From NCBI GenBank assembly GCA_039586365.1, contig JBDHKN010000064.1, positions 1 through 39,787 of the forward strand: DNA of 39,787 bases. Reading direction: 5' to 3'. The notes under the pieces were generated by a model. That model worked only from the letters and a program-made list of their open reading frames with translations, had not been told where the DNA came from and did not search any database. Shown piece by piece: positions 17,750 through 28,225 of this stretch. Each line of letters begins with the position of its first letter. The stretch's first letter is position 1. A program made the translations under genes and the position numbers. The stretch is from Gemmatimonadota bacterium (GTDB taxonomy: Bacteria > Gemmatimonadota > Gemmatimonadetes > Gemmatimonadales > GWC2-71-9).

Positions 17750-19444
17750 ATGTCGCCTACTCGACGTGAGTTCATGAAAGCCGGAGTTGCCGCCGCGGCA
17801 CTGTGGCATTTTGATGGGGACGCAGATCGACCGATCCCCCGACGCACACCCCCTGTCCAGGCAGCACAGGGTCCGGAACCCGACTTGATACTGGTGAATG
17901 GCAACGTCTACACCGTTGACGACGCCCAGCCCCATGCCCAGGCCTTCGCAGTCAAGCACGGCCGCTTCGTCGCCGTTGGGTCGGACAGCGACATCCGGAA
18001 TCTCGCGGCCAGAAATACCACCATCATAGACTCCGGAGGCATGACGGTCACACCGGGTTTCATCGACGCGCACTGTCATCCGTCGGGCGTGAACGAGCTG
18101 ATCGGTGTGAACGTGAACCTGGAGACCGTCGCACAGGTGAAGGCCGCGCTGGCCAGGAAGGCGGCGGAGACCCCACCTGGGTACTGGGTGACCGGTTACA
18201 TGTATGACGACACCAAACTCGACCGACCGGTGACGAGGCTCGATCTCGATGAAGCGGTGCCCAACCATCCCGCGAGCGTCGGCCATCGTGGTGGCCATAC
18301 GGGTGTGTACAACAGTGTCGCCTTCGAGCTTGCCGGCGTCACGGTGGACACGCCCGACCCGGAGGGCGGGCACTTCTACCGTGAGGGCGGCCAGCTCACG
18401 GGCAAGGTCGCGGAGCGTGCGCGCCGTGTGTTCAACGACGTCGGAAAACGTGACGAGGTGACGCGGGCCACACGCCAGGCCGGAGTCAAGTTCATCTCCG
18501 AGGCGATGACACGTGCCGGGATAACTACGGTACATCACACCGGCGTGGGCCGGACATCGCTCGTGGCACTGCAGGACGCGTATCGCGCTGGCGAGATGAA
18601 GTTCCGCATATACTTACTTCCGAACGGCGGGGTGTACAGCCGGCTCAAGGAAGCCGGGCTCCGGACGGGGTTCGGAGACGAGTGGCTCCGGATCGGCGCG
18701 GTGAAGTACTATGCCGACGGGTCTGCCTCGGAACGCACGATGCGCATGAGCACACCGTACGTCGGTCGACCAGATGACTATGGCATTCTCACAATGAGCC
18801 AGGAAGAGATCCACGAGGCCGTTGATGACGCGCACCGTTCCGGCTGGCAGATCGGCATCCACGCCAACGGCGACGTGACGATCGATATGGTACTGCAGGC
18901 CTACGAGCGCGCGCAGCGGCAGTGGCCGCGCACCGATCCACGGCACCGGATCGAGCACTGCACGCTCATCAATCCGGATCTGCTACGGCGGATCAAGGCG
19001 ATAGATGCTATTCCGACCCCGTTCTACACCTACGTCTACTACCACGGGGATAAGTGGGGCGAGTATGGTGCGGAGAAGCTCCGCCACATGTTCGCGCACC
19101 GATCGTTCCTCGACTACGGCATTCGCGTAGCCCCTGCATCGGACTACATGCCTGGCCCGTACGAGCCGATGATGGCGCTGCAGAGCATGGTGACGCGCAC
19201 CGACTTCCGCGGCAACGAGTGGGGCCCCAACCAGCGGGTGACCGTGGATGAGGCGCTCCGCATCTGCACGATGAACGGAGCCTATGCGTCATTCGAGGAG
19301 CGCGTGAAGGGATCGATCACCGCCGGGAAGCTCGCCGACTTCGTGATACTAGGTGATGATCCGCATTCGGTGGATCCGAGTACGCTCAAGGACATCCCGA
19401 TAGTGCGTACTGTCGTTGGCGGGGAAACGGTGCACGAAGCGTAG
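17750..19444 (+). CDS. Tat-exported amidohydrolase, YtcJ/amidohydrolase_3 family
   Basis: TRREFMK Tat signal; PGFIDAHCH, K.YADGS, IHANGD, RHRIEH, ASD and KGSITAGKLADFVIL motifs. Confidence 0.93.
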   Translation: MSPTRREFMKAGVAAAALWHFDGDADRPIPRRTPPVQAAQGPEPDLILVNGNVYTVDDAQPHAQAFAVKHGRFVAVGSDSDIRNLAARNTTIIDSGGMTVTPGFIDAHCHPSGVNELIGVNVNLETVAQVKAALARKAAETPPGYWVTGYMYDDTKLDRPVTRLDLDEAVPNHPASVGHRGGHTGVYNSVAFELAGVTVDTPDPEGGHFYREGGQLTGKVAERARRVFNDVGKRDEVTRATRQAGVKFISEAMTRAGITTVHHTGVGRTSLVALQDAYRAGEMKFRIYLLPNGGVYSRLKEAGLRTGFGDEWLRIGAVKYYADGSASERTMRMSTPYVGRPDDYGILTMSQEEIHEAVDDAHRSGWQIGIHANGDVTIDMVLQAYERAQRQWPRTDPRHRIEHCTLINPDLLRRIKAIDAIPTPFYTYVYYHGDKWGEYGAEKLRHMFAHRSFLDYGIRVAPASDYMPGPYEPMMALQSMVTRTDFRGNEWGPNQRVTVDEALRICTMNGAYASFEERVKGSITAGKLADFVILGDDPHSVDPSTLKDIPIVRTVVGGETVHEA

Positions 19445-19514
19445 GGTCGAGGATCACCAATACCGCTCGCCGTGCCTGGAGTCCACACCGCTTGAGGCGT
19501 GAGCCCAGAAGACG

Positions 19515-19579
19515 CAGCAACTCCTCGTTAAAGCGGTTCGGAGCTTCCAGTTGGAGAGGTGCCCTACTCGAGGGCTCAC
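19515..19579 (-). pseudogene. Degenerate copy of the 3' end of the alpha/beta hydrolase gene
   Basis: Aligns by hand to 20308-20373 with about 9 mismatches and 1 gap over 66 bp. Confidence 0.75.
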
Positions 19580-19634
19580 GGGGCGCGCATCGCGGCGACT
19601 GAACTCAGGTGGCCACAGGTATCTGGCGGTTGTC

Positions 19635-20153
19635 TCAGTCCGACTTGCCCCACACCTCGATTGCTCGATCGATTGCGGGTTTGAGCCCGAGCTGTGTACG
19701 GATCGTGCCGATTTGCCCCACGTGATAGGTCTCGTGCCACACGATATACACGAGCACGCCCAGCAGGTTCTTTTCCTTGTGCGGTGTGCCCACGTCCTCG
19801 ATGCGATTGACGAGTTGCTCGTCGGTGACGGAATTCATGGTGCCATGCACTCGCTCGGAGATCTCATGCCACGAGGTCATGAGATCCGCCATGGCGGGAT
19901 AGTCACTCCCGTCCGTCGCAGTCACGAGTCGGTCGAACTGTTCGGCGAACGGATTCTCAACCTCGGGATTTATGAGCTTAAGCATCTCACAGCGTGCGTT
20001 GAGGAGGTGCCCAACGACCCACGAGATCGATGGCCCCTCCGTGTCGCGGACTCGTTGCACTGCCTGGTCGTTTGTCAGATCACCGGTCAGCAGATCCATG
20101 AAGAAATCTGTGACCCTCAAGCTTTCGGTGATCGGTCTGATGAGTTCACTCAT
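19635..20153 (-). CDS. DinB-family protein
   Basis: SISWVVGHL...WHETYHVGQI His triad. Confidence 0.88.
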   Translation of the reverse strand: MSELIRPITESLRVTDFFMDLLTGDLTNDQAVQRVRDTEGPSISWVVGHLLNARCEMLKLINPEVENPFAEQFDRLVTATDGSDYPAMADLMTSWHEISERVHGTMNSVTDEQLVNRIEDVGTPHKEKNLLGVLVYIVWHETYHVGQIGTIRTQLGLKPAIDRAIEVWGKSD

Positions 20154-20283
20154 GGTGCAGCACGGTTGGGTCTATTAGCTGTCGGGTGGTGTGATCTTGA
20201 GTCGTCATGTGACTGCTCCTTCACCGTTATCCGCCGTTCCAAAGGGGCCGAGACCGACCGCCAACGATCTTCTGGAGGACCTC

Positions 20284-21027
20284 CTACAACTTCAACTCCA
20301 GGAAAGACAGCAACGCCTCGTTGAATCGGTCCGGCGCTTCCAGGTTGGAGAGGTGCCCCGCTCGGGGGATCACCGTTAGCCGACCCTGCTGTACTCCTGC
20401 AAAGATCTTCCGGGCCTCATCCACCGGCGTGAGGGTGTCCTCTTCCCCGACCAGCACAAGGACCGGCACCTGGATCTCTCCGAGGTGGGGAGTGGAGTCG
20501 GGTCGGCCCTGCATGGCCTCGAGAGCTCGTGCCACCCCCTCGGGATCCGCCTCAGCCATCATCCCCCTAACCGCTGCTACCACCTCCGGTCTCTCCCCAA
20601 GCGTAGTCTCACCCAGCAGGGCAGGGAGGAGAGCCTCTTCCAGCCAGCCCAGCCCCTCGCGGCGGGCCCGCGCTGCCTGATCTGTGCGTCTGGCCCGGCC
20701 CGCCTCATCATCGGCACCGGCCCTGGTGTCCGCCAGAACCAGTCCGGCCAGCCGCTCGGGCGCGAGGGCATTGAGCCGGAAAGCGACGTACCCACCCATG
20801 GAGAGTCCTACCACCACAGCTCGGGGAATACCGGCGGCGTCCATGGCTTCGATCACCGCTTGGGCGAACCGGTCCAGCTCGGGTTCGCCAGCAGGCCGCC
20901 CACCGAACCCTGGGAAGTTGGGTGTCAGGGTGGTACGTGGGCCGAGCGCCGCCCGCTGCGACTCCCACATGGCAGCGTTCAGAGGAAAGGCGTGGAGGAA
21001 TAGCACCGGGGTCGTCGCGTCCATCAT
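20284..21027 (-). CDS. Alpha/beta fold hydrolase (3-oxoadipate enol-lactonase-like)
   Basis: LHAFPL, GLSMGG nucleophile, GEED and AGHLSNLEAP motifs. Confidence 0.92.
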   Translation of the reverse strand: MMDATTPVLFLHAFPLNAAMWESQRAALGPRTTLTPNFPGFGGRPAGEPELDRFAQAVIEAMDAAGIPRAVVVGLSMGGYVAFRLNALAPERLAGLVLADTRAGADDEAGRARRTDQAARARREGLGWLEEALLPALLGETTLGERPEVVAAVRGMMAEADPEGVARALEAMQGRPDSTPHLGEIQVPVLVLVGEEDTLTPVDEARKIFAGVQQGRLTVIPRAGHLSNLEAPDRFNEALLSFLELKL

Positions 21028-21180
21028 CTGTCCCTTTCAGAAGCATTTGTCCGGGCCGCGAAGTCGCAGCCGAAGTCCCCGTAGTCTATACTAGGGCGTC
21101 CGCCTGCATCTACTGTGCTTGTTGGACTCCGTTGTCTAGGGTACGTAATAGCTGAGGGTGCACAACGCCCAGGGGCACCT

Positions 21181-21260
21181 CTTACCGCCCTTTACCGCCC
21201 TTTGCCGCCCTTTACCGCCCTTTACCGCCTTCTACCGCCTTCTACCGCCTTCTACCGCCC
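21181..21260. repeat. 10-bp tandem repeat (TYTACCGCCY) x8
   Basis: cttaccgccc tttaccgccc tttgccgccc tttaccgccc tttaccgcct tctaccgcct tctaccgcct tctaccgccc. Confidence 0.95.
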
Positions 21261-21290
21261 TTTCACTTCCAACCTTTCGGCCCTTAGCAG

Positions 21291-21309
21291 TATCTCATCA
21301 TACGAGATA
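21291..21309. promoter_or_regulatory. Inverted repeat TATCTC-N7-GAGATA, candidate PadR operator
   Basis: AT-rich inverted repeat about 30 bp upstream of the padR start. Confidence 0.4.
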
Positions 21310-21341
21310 TCCCTGACGATGCCACAGAAATGAGGGGGCAC

Positions 21342-21665
21342 ATGGGGCACGCGGGCGAATTCGAGATACTGGTAATGTTGGCTGTTCTACGGCTCGGTCC
21401 CGGCGCGTACGGGGTTACCATCCGAGACGAACTCGAGGAGGAGACCTCGCGAAGGCTAACGCTGGGGACGATCTACAAGACCCTGGGGCGGCTCGAGGAC
21501 AAACGGTACCTCCGTTCTCGCACTAGCGAGCCGACGGCGGAGAGGGGTGGCCGCCGCAAGAAGCTCTACGAAGTGTCTCCAACTGGACTGGTGGCCATCC
21601 ATAACTCCCTGGCGGACCTACGACGCCTTACTAGTGGGCTCGGCCTCGAGCTGGAGCAACCGTGA
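21342..21665 (+). CDS. PadR-family transcriptional regulator (acidobacterial type)
   Basis: GEFEILVMLAV, AYGVTI, GTIYKTLGRLEDK and ERGGRRKKLY motifs; coupled to the permease. Confidence 0.92.
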   Translation: MGHAGEFEILVMLAVLRLGPGAYGVTIRDELEEETSRRLTLGTIYKTLGRLEDKRYLRSRTSEPTAERGGRRKKLYEVSPTGLVAIHNSLADLRRLTSGLGLELEQP

Positions 21666-24310
21666 TGTCGGCCTCTCACTTGCCGCGCCTGGTACGCTTC
21701 CTCATGCGCCTCTGCGTACCGCACGAGGAGAGAGAGTACTTCCTGGGTGATCTGGAGGAATCATCTGATCGGGATCGGCGGTGCCTCGAAGGTCGGCGTC
21801 GCCCGTGGATGCGGGAGGTTGCAGGTGCTCTCAAGCTCCGGGTCGGCTTGCGTGGGAAGGGCCCGCGGTCACGGACACCAAGAGGAGATACAATGCCGCA
21901 AGAAGTCGTTCGCGACGTCCGCCACGGCCTACGGATGATGGCCCGCAGCCCGGGGTTCACAAGCGTCGCACTCGTCACCATGGCCCTTGGAATCGGTGCC
22001 AACACGGCGATGTTCAGCGTGGTTAACGGCGTGCTCTTGAAGCCGCTGCCATATCCCGAGGCCGAGCGCATCGTGTATCTGCGTGAGAACAACCTGCCGC
22101 GCGGTTGGACCTCGTTCACCATCTCACCCGAGAACTTCTGGGACTGGCAGGAGCAGAACCGTTCCATGGAGCGAATGGCCGCGTACCGATCCAGGAATGT
22201 CACGTACACTGGGGGCGACCGGCCGCAGAGGCTGTCGGCCTACCGAATCTCCGAGGAGTTCCTGGACATGTTGGGTGGTGAGCCGGTGTTGGGGCGGGGG
22301 TTCGGTGCTGACGACATGGATCCAAACCGGGAAGGTGTGGTGCTGCTGGACCACGGTTTCTGGGAGCAGTCTTTCGGCGGGGACCCGGAGGTACTAGGGC
22401 GGAACATGGTCCTGGACGGAGAGTCCCACACCATCATCGGGATCCTCCCAAGGGGTTGGCGCCAACCCTTCAACCGAGAAGGCGTGGAGATCCTCCTGCC
22501 GCTGCGACCCGAGACGTGGTGGGGACGGAGCAACCACTTCTTGTACGGCATCGGCCGTATGAGGCCTGGTGTGACGGTAGAGCAGGCTCAGTCGGACCTC
22601 TCGTCCGTTGCAGCGGTCCTGGAGGTCGAGTATCCCGAGACCAACGCAGGATGGGGAGCGTCGGTGAGAGCACTCGACGACGTACTGCTGGGACAAGCGA
22701 GGCCGCAGCTCCTCATTCTCTTGGCAAGCGTCGGCCTGGTGCTGCTCATCGCGTGCGTCAATGTGGCCCAGATGACCTTGGCCCGCGGCAGTTCACGCGG
22801 GCACGAGATGGCGATCCGAACCGCCCTCGGGGCTGGCCGCGGTCGGATCGTCCGCCAACTGCTTGCCGAGAGTCTGCTGCTCTCGATCATTGGCGGCGCC
22901 CTGGGTGTAGTGCTCGCTCTCGGATGTCTAAGCGGGTTGTCGCTGGGCTGGCCCCAGATCCTCCCCCGGATGGAAGAGATCGACCTGAACGGCACCGTGC
23001 TGCTGTTCACGGCCGGTCTATCAGGCGCCTCGGGTCTCCTCTTTGGCCTTATTCCTGCCCTGAACGTGGCCCGTTCCAACCGCGGCGAGGCATTGCGGAG
23101 GAGCACGTGGAGCGCCACTGGAGACTCCTCCCGGCGCCGTCTCCGAGCCGGGCTGGTAGTCGTTGAAGTGAGCCTAGCGGTCGTCCTGCTGGTGGGGTCG
23201 GGTTTGCTGATCCGCAGCTTCCTCGCCCTTCAAGACGAGAATCCTGGCTTCGAGACCGGCGGCAGACTCACCTGGTCCACTCCGCTACCCGATTCCAAGT
23301 ACCCCACGGGAGAGGAACTTCGCTCATACGGGGACGCGGCGCTCGAGCGGCTGGCCGCCGTTCCCGGTGTCGAATCGGTTGCCCTCACCACCCTGATCCC
23401 CGTGAGTGAGAGGGACTGGATATCGGAGCTGGAAGTCGAGGGACGGACGCAGAACAATCCGGACGATGTCGCCTCGGCCCTCATATACCGGGTGAGCCCG
23501 GGTTACTTCGAGACAATGGGTCTGCCGCTGAGAACGGGCCGGGAGTTCACTGCACACGATCGCGAAGGCACAGTGCCGGTAGTGGTCGTAAGCGAGTCCT
23601 TCGCCCGGGACTATCTGTCCGGTGAAGAGGCGATTGGCAGACGCATTCGCTACCGGGGCGACGATGGTCCATTCGTTGAGATTGTGGGAGTCGCAGGCGA
23701 CGTGCAGCACTACCACCTGGGTCGGACCTCCATGCCACAGGTCTACTTTCCGTTTGCCCAACAGCCCAGTGTCCACGTCAGCTTCGTGCTCAAGGCTTCG
23801 GTGCCACCGCTCTCGCTCGTTCGGGCCATCAGGACGGAGATCCAAGCTGTGGATCCGGACATGCCACTCGAGCGGGTTCGAACCCTTGAGCAGATCATCG
23901 CCGCCGACGTCGCGACCCCGCGCTTCAGGACGATGCTGCTCACCTCCTTCGGATTGACGGCGCTGCTCCTTGCGGTGGTGGGTCTGTACGGCGTCATGTC
24001 ATACACAGTTGCCCAGCGATCCCGCGAGATAGGGATGAGGATGGCTCTTGGCGCGCAGCAGAGCAGCATCCTGCGACTCGTTCTCCGAGACGGAGTACCC
24101 CTGGTGACGACGGGCTTAGTGGTTGGGCTAGTTGGCGCGATCGCGCTCACGCGGGTGCTGGAATCGATGCTGTTCGGGGTGAGCGTGCACGATCCGGGAG
24201 TCTTCGCGATGGTACCGCTGATTCTTGTGGCTGTGTCCGCTTCGGCCATGCTGATCCCCGCCGTCCGAGCGACGCGGGTCGATCCGGTAAAGACCCTGGC
24301 GCCTGAGTAG
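21665..24310 (+). CDS. ADOP-family (duplicated orphan) ABC permease, MacB/FtsX type
   Basis: DVRHGLR..RSPGFT, LGIGANTAMFSVV, LLIACVNVA and EIGMRMALGA; two MacB_PCD+FtsX halves; TGATG overlap with padR. Confidence 0.93.
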   Translation: MSASHLPRLVRFLMRLCVPHEEREYFLGDLEESSDRDRRCLEGRRRPWMREVAGALKLRVGLRGKGPRSRTPRGDTMPQEVVRDVRHGLRMMARSPGFTSVALVTMALGIGANTAMFSVVNGVLLKPLPYPEAERIVYLRENNLPRGWTSFTISPENFWDWQEQNRSMERMAAYRSRNVTYTGGDRPQRLSAYRISEEFLDMLGGEPVLGRGFGADDMDPNREGVVLLDHGFWEQSFGGDPEVLGRNMVLDGESHTIIGILPRGWRQPFNREGVEILLPLRPETWWGRSNHFLYGIGRMRPGVTVEQAQSDLSSVAAVLEVEYPETNAGWGASVRALDDVLLGQARPQLLILLASVGLVLLIACVNVAQMTLARGSSRGHEMAIRTALGAGRGRIVRQLLAESLLLSIIGGALGVVLALGCLSGLSLGWPQILPRMEEIDLNGTVLLFTAGLSGASGLLFGLIPALNVARSNRGEALRRSTWSATGDSSRRRLRAGLVVVEVSLAVVLLVGSGLLIRSFLALQDENPGFETGGRLTWSTPLPDSKYPTGEELRSYGDAALERLAAVPGVESVALTTLIPVSERDWISELEVEGRTQNNPDDVASALIYRVSPGYFETMGLPLRTGREFTAHDREGTVPVVVVSESFARDYLSGEEAIGRRIRYRGDDGPFVEIVGVAGDVQHYHLGRTSMPQVYFPFAQQPSVHVSFVLKASVPPLSLVRAIRTEIQAVDPDMPLERVRTLEQIIAADVATPRFRTMLLTSFGLTALLLAVVGLYGVMSYTVAQRSREIGMRMALGAQQSSILRLVLRDGVPLVTTGLVVGLVGAIALTRVLESMLFGVSVHDPGVFAMVPLILVAVSASAMLIPAVRATRVDPVKTLAPE

Positions 24311-24482
24311 AGCGCCGGAGGGCTGACACCGGTAGCACCGGAGGGTCCTGGTCTCTTCTCGTGAGGGCCGGCGTGGCGCCACCTGTGCATCCGAGCTTGA
24401 TACTTGGGGCGGTGCCATCGAGATTCCTATCGCGCTGTTGGGCGGCGCTGCACAACATGGGGACCAGGTGGGTGAGGATTTC

Positions 24483-25853
24483 ATGTTCCGACGCATTCTG
24501 ATTGCCAATCGTGGTGAGGTGGCTGCCCGAATCATCAGGGCCGCGAAGAAGCTCGGTGTTGAGACGGTAGCGGTCTACTCGGCCGCCGATGAGGATTCGC
24601 CACACCTTGAGGACGCCGACCTCCGCGTCTGCATCGGCGGGGCACAGAGCGGCGATAGCTACTTGAACATGCGGGCTTTGCTGCAGGCCGCGCTGCAGTA
24701 CGACTGCCAGGCTGTCCATCCAGGCTGGGGATTCCTTGCTGAGAACGCGCTGTTCGCGCGGCTGTGCGAGCAGCAGAAGACCACGTTCATCGGTCCACCC
24801 CCGGACGTAATCGCGCTCATGGGCGACAAGGCGAAAGCGAAGGAGACCATGAGGGCGGCGGGATTGCCGCTGATCCCGGGTTCGGACGGTGTGGTGTCCA
24901 GCCTCACCGAGGTGAGAGATATCGGCGACCGTGTCGGCTACCCGATTCTGCTCAAGGCCCGGTCTGGTGGTGGTGGTAAGGGTATGCGGGTCTGCCGCGG
25001 ACCCGAGCTGTTGGCCGAGATGTATGAGCAAGCTTCTATTGAAGCCGACAAGGCATTCGGCGATCGCGGACTGTACGTCGAAAAGCTCATCGAGAAAGGT
25101 CGCCACATCGAGTTCCAGGTACTGGCCGACGCCTTCGGACACGCCGTGCATCTGGCAGAGCGCGAATGCTCGGTGCAGCGCAACCACCAGAAGCTGATCG
25201 AGGAAGCGCCCTCCCCTGCAGTAACCAACGAGCTGCGTCGTGAAATGGGTGAAAGAGTAGCCAAAGCGGCGGCCGCCGCCGGATATGTAAACGCCGGAAC
25301 CGTCGAGTTTCTCATGGACGAGGAAGGGAACCTCTACTTCATGGAGATGAACACCCGGCTCCAGGTAGAGCATCCGGTGAGCGAGATGATCACCGACATC
25401 GACATCATGGAACACCAGTTCCGCATCGCCGCAAACCAGCCGCTCGCGCTCCAGCAGGAGGACATCGCGTTCGAGGGGCACGCCATCGAGTGTCGCATCA
25501 ATGCCGAGGACCCGTTCGATGACTTTGCAGGGTCGCCCGGCAGCATCGAACGATTCGAGCCACCGGCAGGCGGCAATGGGGAGATCCGAGTGGACACGCA
25601 CGTCAGACAGGGTGCGACGATCCCGCCATTCTACGATTCGATGATCTGCAAACTCATTGCCAAGGGGGAGAACCGGGAGAAGGCGATCGATCTACAGCTC
25701 GCTGCGCTGCGCCGGTTTACCATCGAGGGTGTGAGCACCACGATCCCAGCCCACCTCGCGCTCCTGGAGTCAGAGGAATTCCGTTCGGGTGAATACGACA
25801 CAGGGATCGTGCCACGCGTTCTGACCGCTCTGCAACAGGGAGGGGGACGCTGA
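24483..25853 (+). CDS. accC: Biotin carboxylase subunit
   Basis: [53 protein letters not shown] and YDSMICKLI motifs. Confidence 0.95.
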   Translation: MFRRILIANRGEVAARIIRAAKKLGVETVAVYSAADEDSPHLEDADLRVCIGGAQSGDSYLNMRALLQAALQYDCQAVHPGWGFLAENALFARLCEQQKTTFIGPPPDVIALMGDKAKAKETMRAAGLPLIPGSDGVVSSLTEVRDIGDRVGYPILLKARSGGGGKGMRVCRGPELLAEMYEQASIEADKAFGDRGLYVEKLIEKGRHIEFQVLADAFGHAVHLAERECSVQRNHQKLIEEAPSPAVTNELRREMGERVAKAAAAAGYVNAGTVEFLMDEEGNLYFMEMNTRLQVEHPVSEMITDIDIMEHQFRIAANQPLALQQEDIAFEGHAIECRINAEDPFDDFAGSPGSIERFEPPAGGNGEIRVDTHVRQGATIPPFYDSMICKLIAKGENREKAIDLQLAALRRFTIEGVSTTIPAHLALLESEEFRSGEYDTGIVPRVLTALQQGGGR

Positions 25854-27583
25854 TGGCGAAGGTTGTGCTCGAGGACATCGGAGTTCCCATCGGGAAGCTG
25901 CTAGACTCCACCGAGTACGAAAGCAACGTCCGGCATATGCGTAGCTTGGAGCAGACAATCCTCGAGCGTCGCGATGAGGTAGCAGCAGGCTGGGGACCCG
26001 AGTACGTGGAGCGGGTGCACCACAAGGGGAAGTTGACCACTTGGGAGCGGATCGACCTGCTGAAGGATCCTGATACGCCGGTCTTCCCCGTCGGCACGTT
26101 CGTCAACTATGGCATCGAGTACGGTGACCCGCCCCGCAAGTCGCCAGGTGCCGGAGTCGTCACGGCGTTCGTGAAGGTGTGCGGCCGCCATACGGTGGTG
26201 ATCGCCAACGACAACACCGTAGCGTCCGGCTCGTGGTGGCCGCAGACGCCGGAGAAGATTATCCGTGCCCAGGAGATCGCATTGCGCCTCAGGGTGCCGG
26301 TGATCTACCTGATCGACTGCTCGGGGCTCAACCTACCGGAACAGGCGAATACCTTCCCTGGCAAGTACGGCGCAGGCAAGATCTTCAAGATGAACTCCCT
26401 GCTTTCCGCGGAGCAGGTGCCGCAGGTGGCTGGGGTGTTCGGCGACTGCATCGCGGGCGGCGGCTACATGCCGATCATCAGTGACAAGGTGGTGATGACC
26501 GAGAACGCCTACATGGTGATCGCCGGTGCGGCGTTGGTGAAGGGCGGGAAGTCGCAGACGATCACATCCGTCGACATCGGCGGACCGGACATCCACGTTC
26601 ACATCTCCAACTGCGCGGACATGCGGGCGCCCGACGATCCGACCGCGATAGAGATGATACGCCGGGAGATCGAGAAGCTGCCGACGACGGCGATAGAGTA
26701 CTACCGCTACGGCATGAGCCCCGTCGAGCCACGCTTCCCCACCACCGAACTGACGGGCCTGATGCCCGTCGACTACCGCATGGCGTACGACATGCGGCAG
26801 GTCATCTCGCGTCTGGTAGACGCCAGCCTCTTCTGGGAGCTCCTGCCCGAGGTGGGCCAGGAGATGATCATTGGAGTGGGCCGCGTGTCGGGCCTGTACA
26901 CGGGATTCATCGCCAACAACCAGTTCCTCACGGAGCACCCCGAGGATCCGCACAATACCCGGCCTGGCGGCCTGCTCTATCAGCAAGGTATCGCCAAGAT
27001 CTCGGCCTTTTCGAGAGCCTGCAACGCCGACGGAATACCGATCGTGTGGCTGCAGGACATATCCGGCTTCGATATTGGCCCGGAGGCCGAGAAGCACGGT
27101 CTACTCGGCTACGGTTCCGACCTGCTGTACACCAACTCCACCAACACCACACCGATGATCACCATTCTGCTGCGCAAAGCTTCGGGCGCCGGCTACTACG
27201 CCATGTCCGGTCACCCGTACGATCCGGTGCTGCAGCTCTCGACGCCGATCACTCGGCTTGCGGTGATGGAGGGGCGCACACTGGCGATCGGTGCGTACCG
27301 CACCAAGCTGGATCACAACTTCAACATCATCACCGACGACCCGGAGGAGCGGGCAAAGGTCGAGCAGGGGATGGCCGGTGTTGAGGCACGCATCACCAAG
27401 GACATGGATCCATTCCGTTCGGCGCGCCAGCGCGACACCGACGAGATTGTCCTCATGGGCGAACTGCGGGATTATCTCAAGACGATCATCGAGATGAGCT
27501 ATCAGAGCATCGGCTACCGGCGCGTGAAGACGCCGCGGATCTGGTCGCTCCACGACCTGGCCGCGATGTTCCGGAGGATCTGA
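25853..27583 (+). CDS. Acyl-CoA carboxyltransferase subunit (fused two-domain type)
   Basis: [34 protein letters not shown] and LQDISGF motifs; TGATG overlap with accC. Confidence 0.9.
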   Translation: MAKVVLEDIGVPIGKLLDSTEYESNVRHMRSLEQTILERRDEVAAGWGPEYVERVHHKGKLTTWERIDLLKDPDTPVFPVGTFVNYGIEYGDPPRKSPGAGVVTAFVKVCGRHTVVIANDNTVASGSWWPQTPEKIIRAQEIALRLRVPVIYLIDCSGLNLPEQANTFPGKYGAGKIFKMNSLLSAEQVPQVAGVFGDCIAGGGYMPIISDKVVMTENAYMVIAGAALVKGGKSQTITSVDIGGPDIHVHISNCADMRAPDDPTAIEMIRREIEKLPTTAIEYYRYGMSPVEPRFPTTELTGLMPVDYRMAYDMRQVISRLVDASLFWELLPEVGQEMIIGVGRVSGLYTGFIANNQFLTEHPEDPHNTRPGGLLYQQGIAKISAFSRACNADGIPIVWLQDISGFDIGPEAEKHGLLGYGSDLLYTNSTNTTPMITILLRKASGAGYYAMSGHPYDPVLQLSTPITRLAVMEGRTLAIGAYRTKLDHNFNIITDDPEERAKVEQGMAGVEARITKDMDPFRSARQRDTDEIVLMGELRDYLKTIIEMSYQSIGYRRVKTPRIWSLHDLAAMFRRI

Positions 27584-27587
27584 CGCG

Positions 27588-28187
27588 ATGTTCGAGCGCA
27601 CGTTGAAAGCTCTGGTGGAGCCCGATCCTCAGGATTCGGAGCGCATCGTCCTGCTGTCGCCGGCGGTCGGCCTGTTCCGCCCGCACCTGCCCAAAGGGGC
27701 CTACGTCACGCCCGACTTGAGTATTGGTATGTTCAGCAGCTTGCAGCGGTATTATCAGTTGCTAGTGCCGCAGGGCGCGCGCGGTGCTGTGCTGGAACAA
27801 CTGGTTGAGGACGGTATCAACCGCGTGCAATACCGGACGCCGCTGCTCCGCGTCGGAGCCGCGACGGGCGAGCAGATCGGGGCCGAGGCGGACACCGAGC
27901 GCGGTGCTACCACCAGCGGACCGGCGGCCGACGACATTCTGGTGAAGTCTCCTACTCACGGTGTCTTCTACCGCAGGCCCGATCCTCAGTCACCGGCCTA
28001 CGTGAGTGTCGGTGACGTCATCGAACCTGGTGCCCAACTCGCCCTGGTCGAGGTAATGAAGTGCTTCAACCAGATCCGCCTGGACGGCGACGGTCTGCCG
28101 GAGCGCTGTGAAGTGGTGCAGATCACCGCCGAAGACGCCAGTGAGGTTGCGCTGGGACAGGTGTTGTTTGTGCTCAAGGGGGTGTAG
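27588..28187 (+). CDS. Biotin carboxyl carrier protein with an extra N-terminal degenerate biotinyl-like domain
   Basis: KSPTHGVFYRRPDP..EVMKCFNQI biotinylation domain; N-terminal SPAVGLF...VQYRTPLLRV lacks the Lys. Confidence 0.88.
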   Translation: MFERTLKALVEPDPQDSERIVLLSPAVGLFRPHLPKGAYVTPDLSIGMFSSLQRYYQLLVPQGARGAVLEQLVEDGINRVQYRTPLLRVGAATGEQIGAEADTERGATTSGPAADDILVKSPTHGVFYRRPDPQSPAYVSVGDVIEPGAQLALVEVMKCFNQIRLDGDGLPERCEVVQITAEDASEVALGQVLFVLKGV

Positions 28188-28225
28188 GCGGTCCCGTGCA
28201 GTGCGCTCGGAACGCCTCCCTACCG

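Noticed and set aside
24147..25601. 484-aa minus-strand ORF and other long antisense ORFs (e.g. 14709..15563, 15419..16273, 17654..18538)
   Set aside because: Shadows of well-supported genes on the opposite strand, expected from high-GC codon bias
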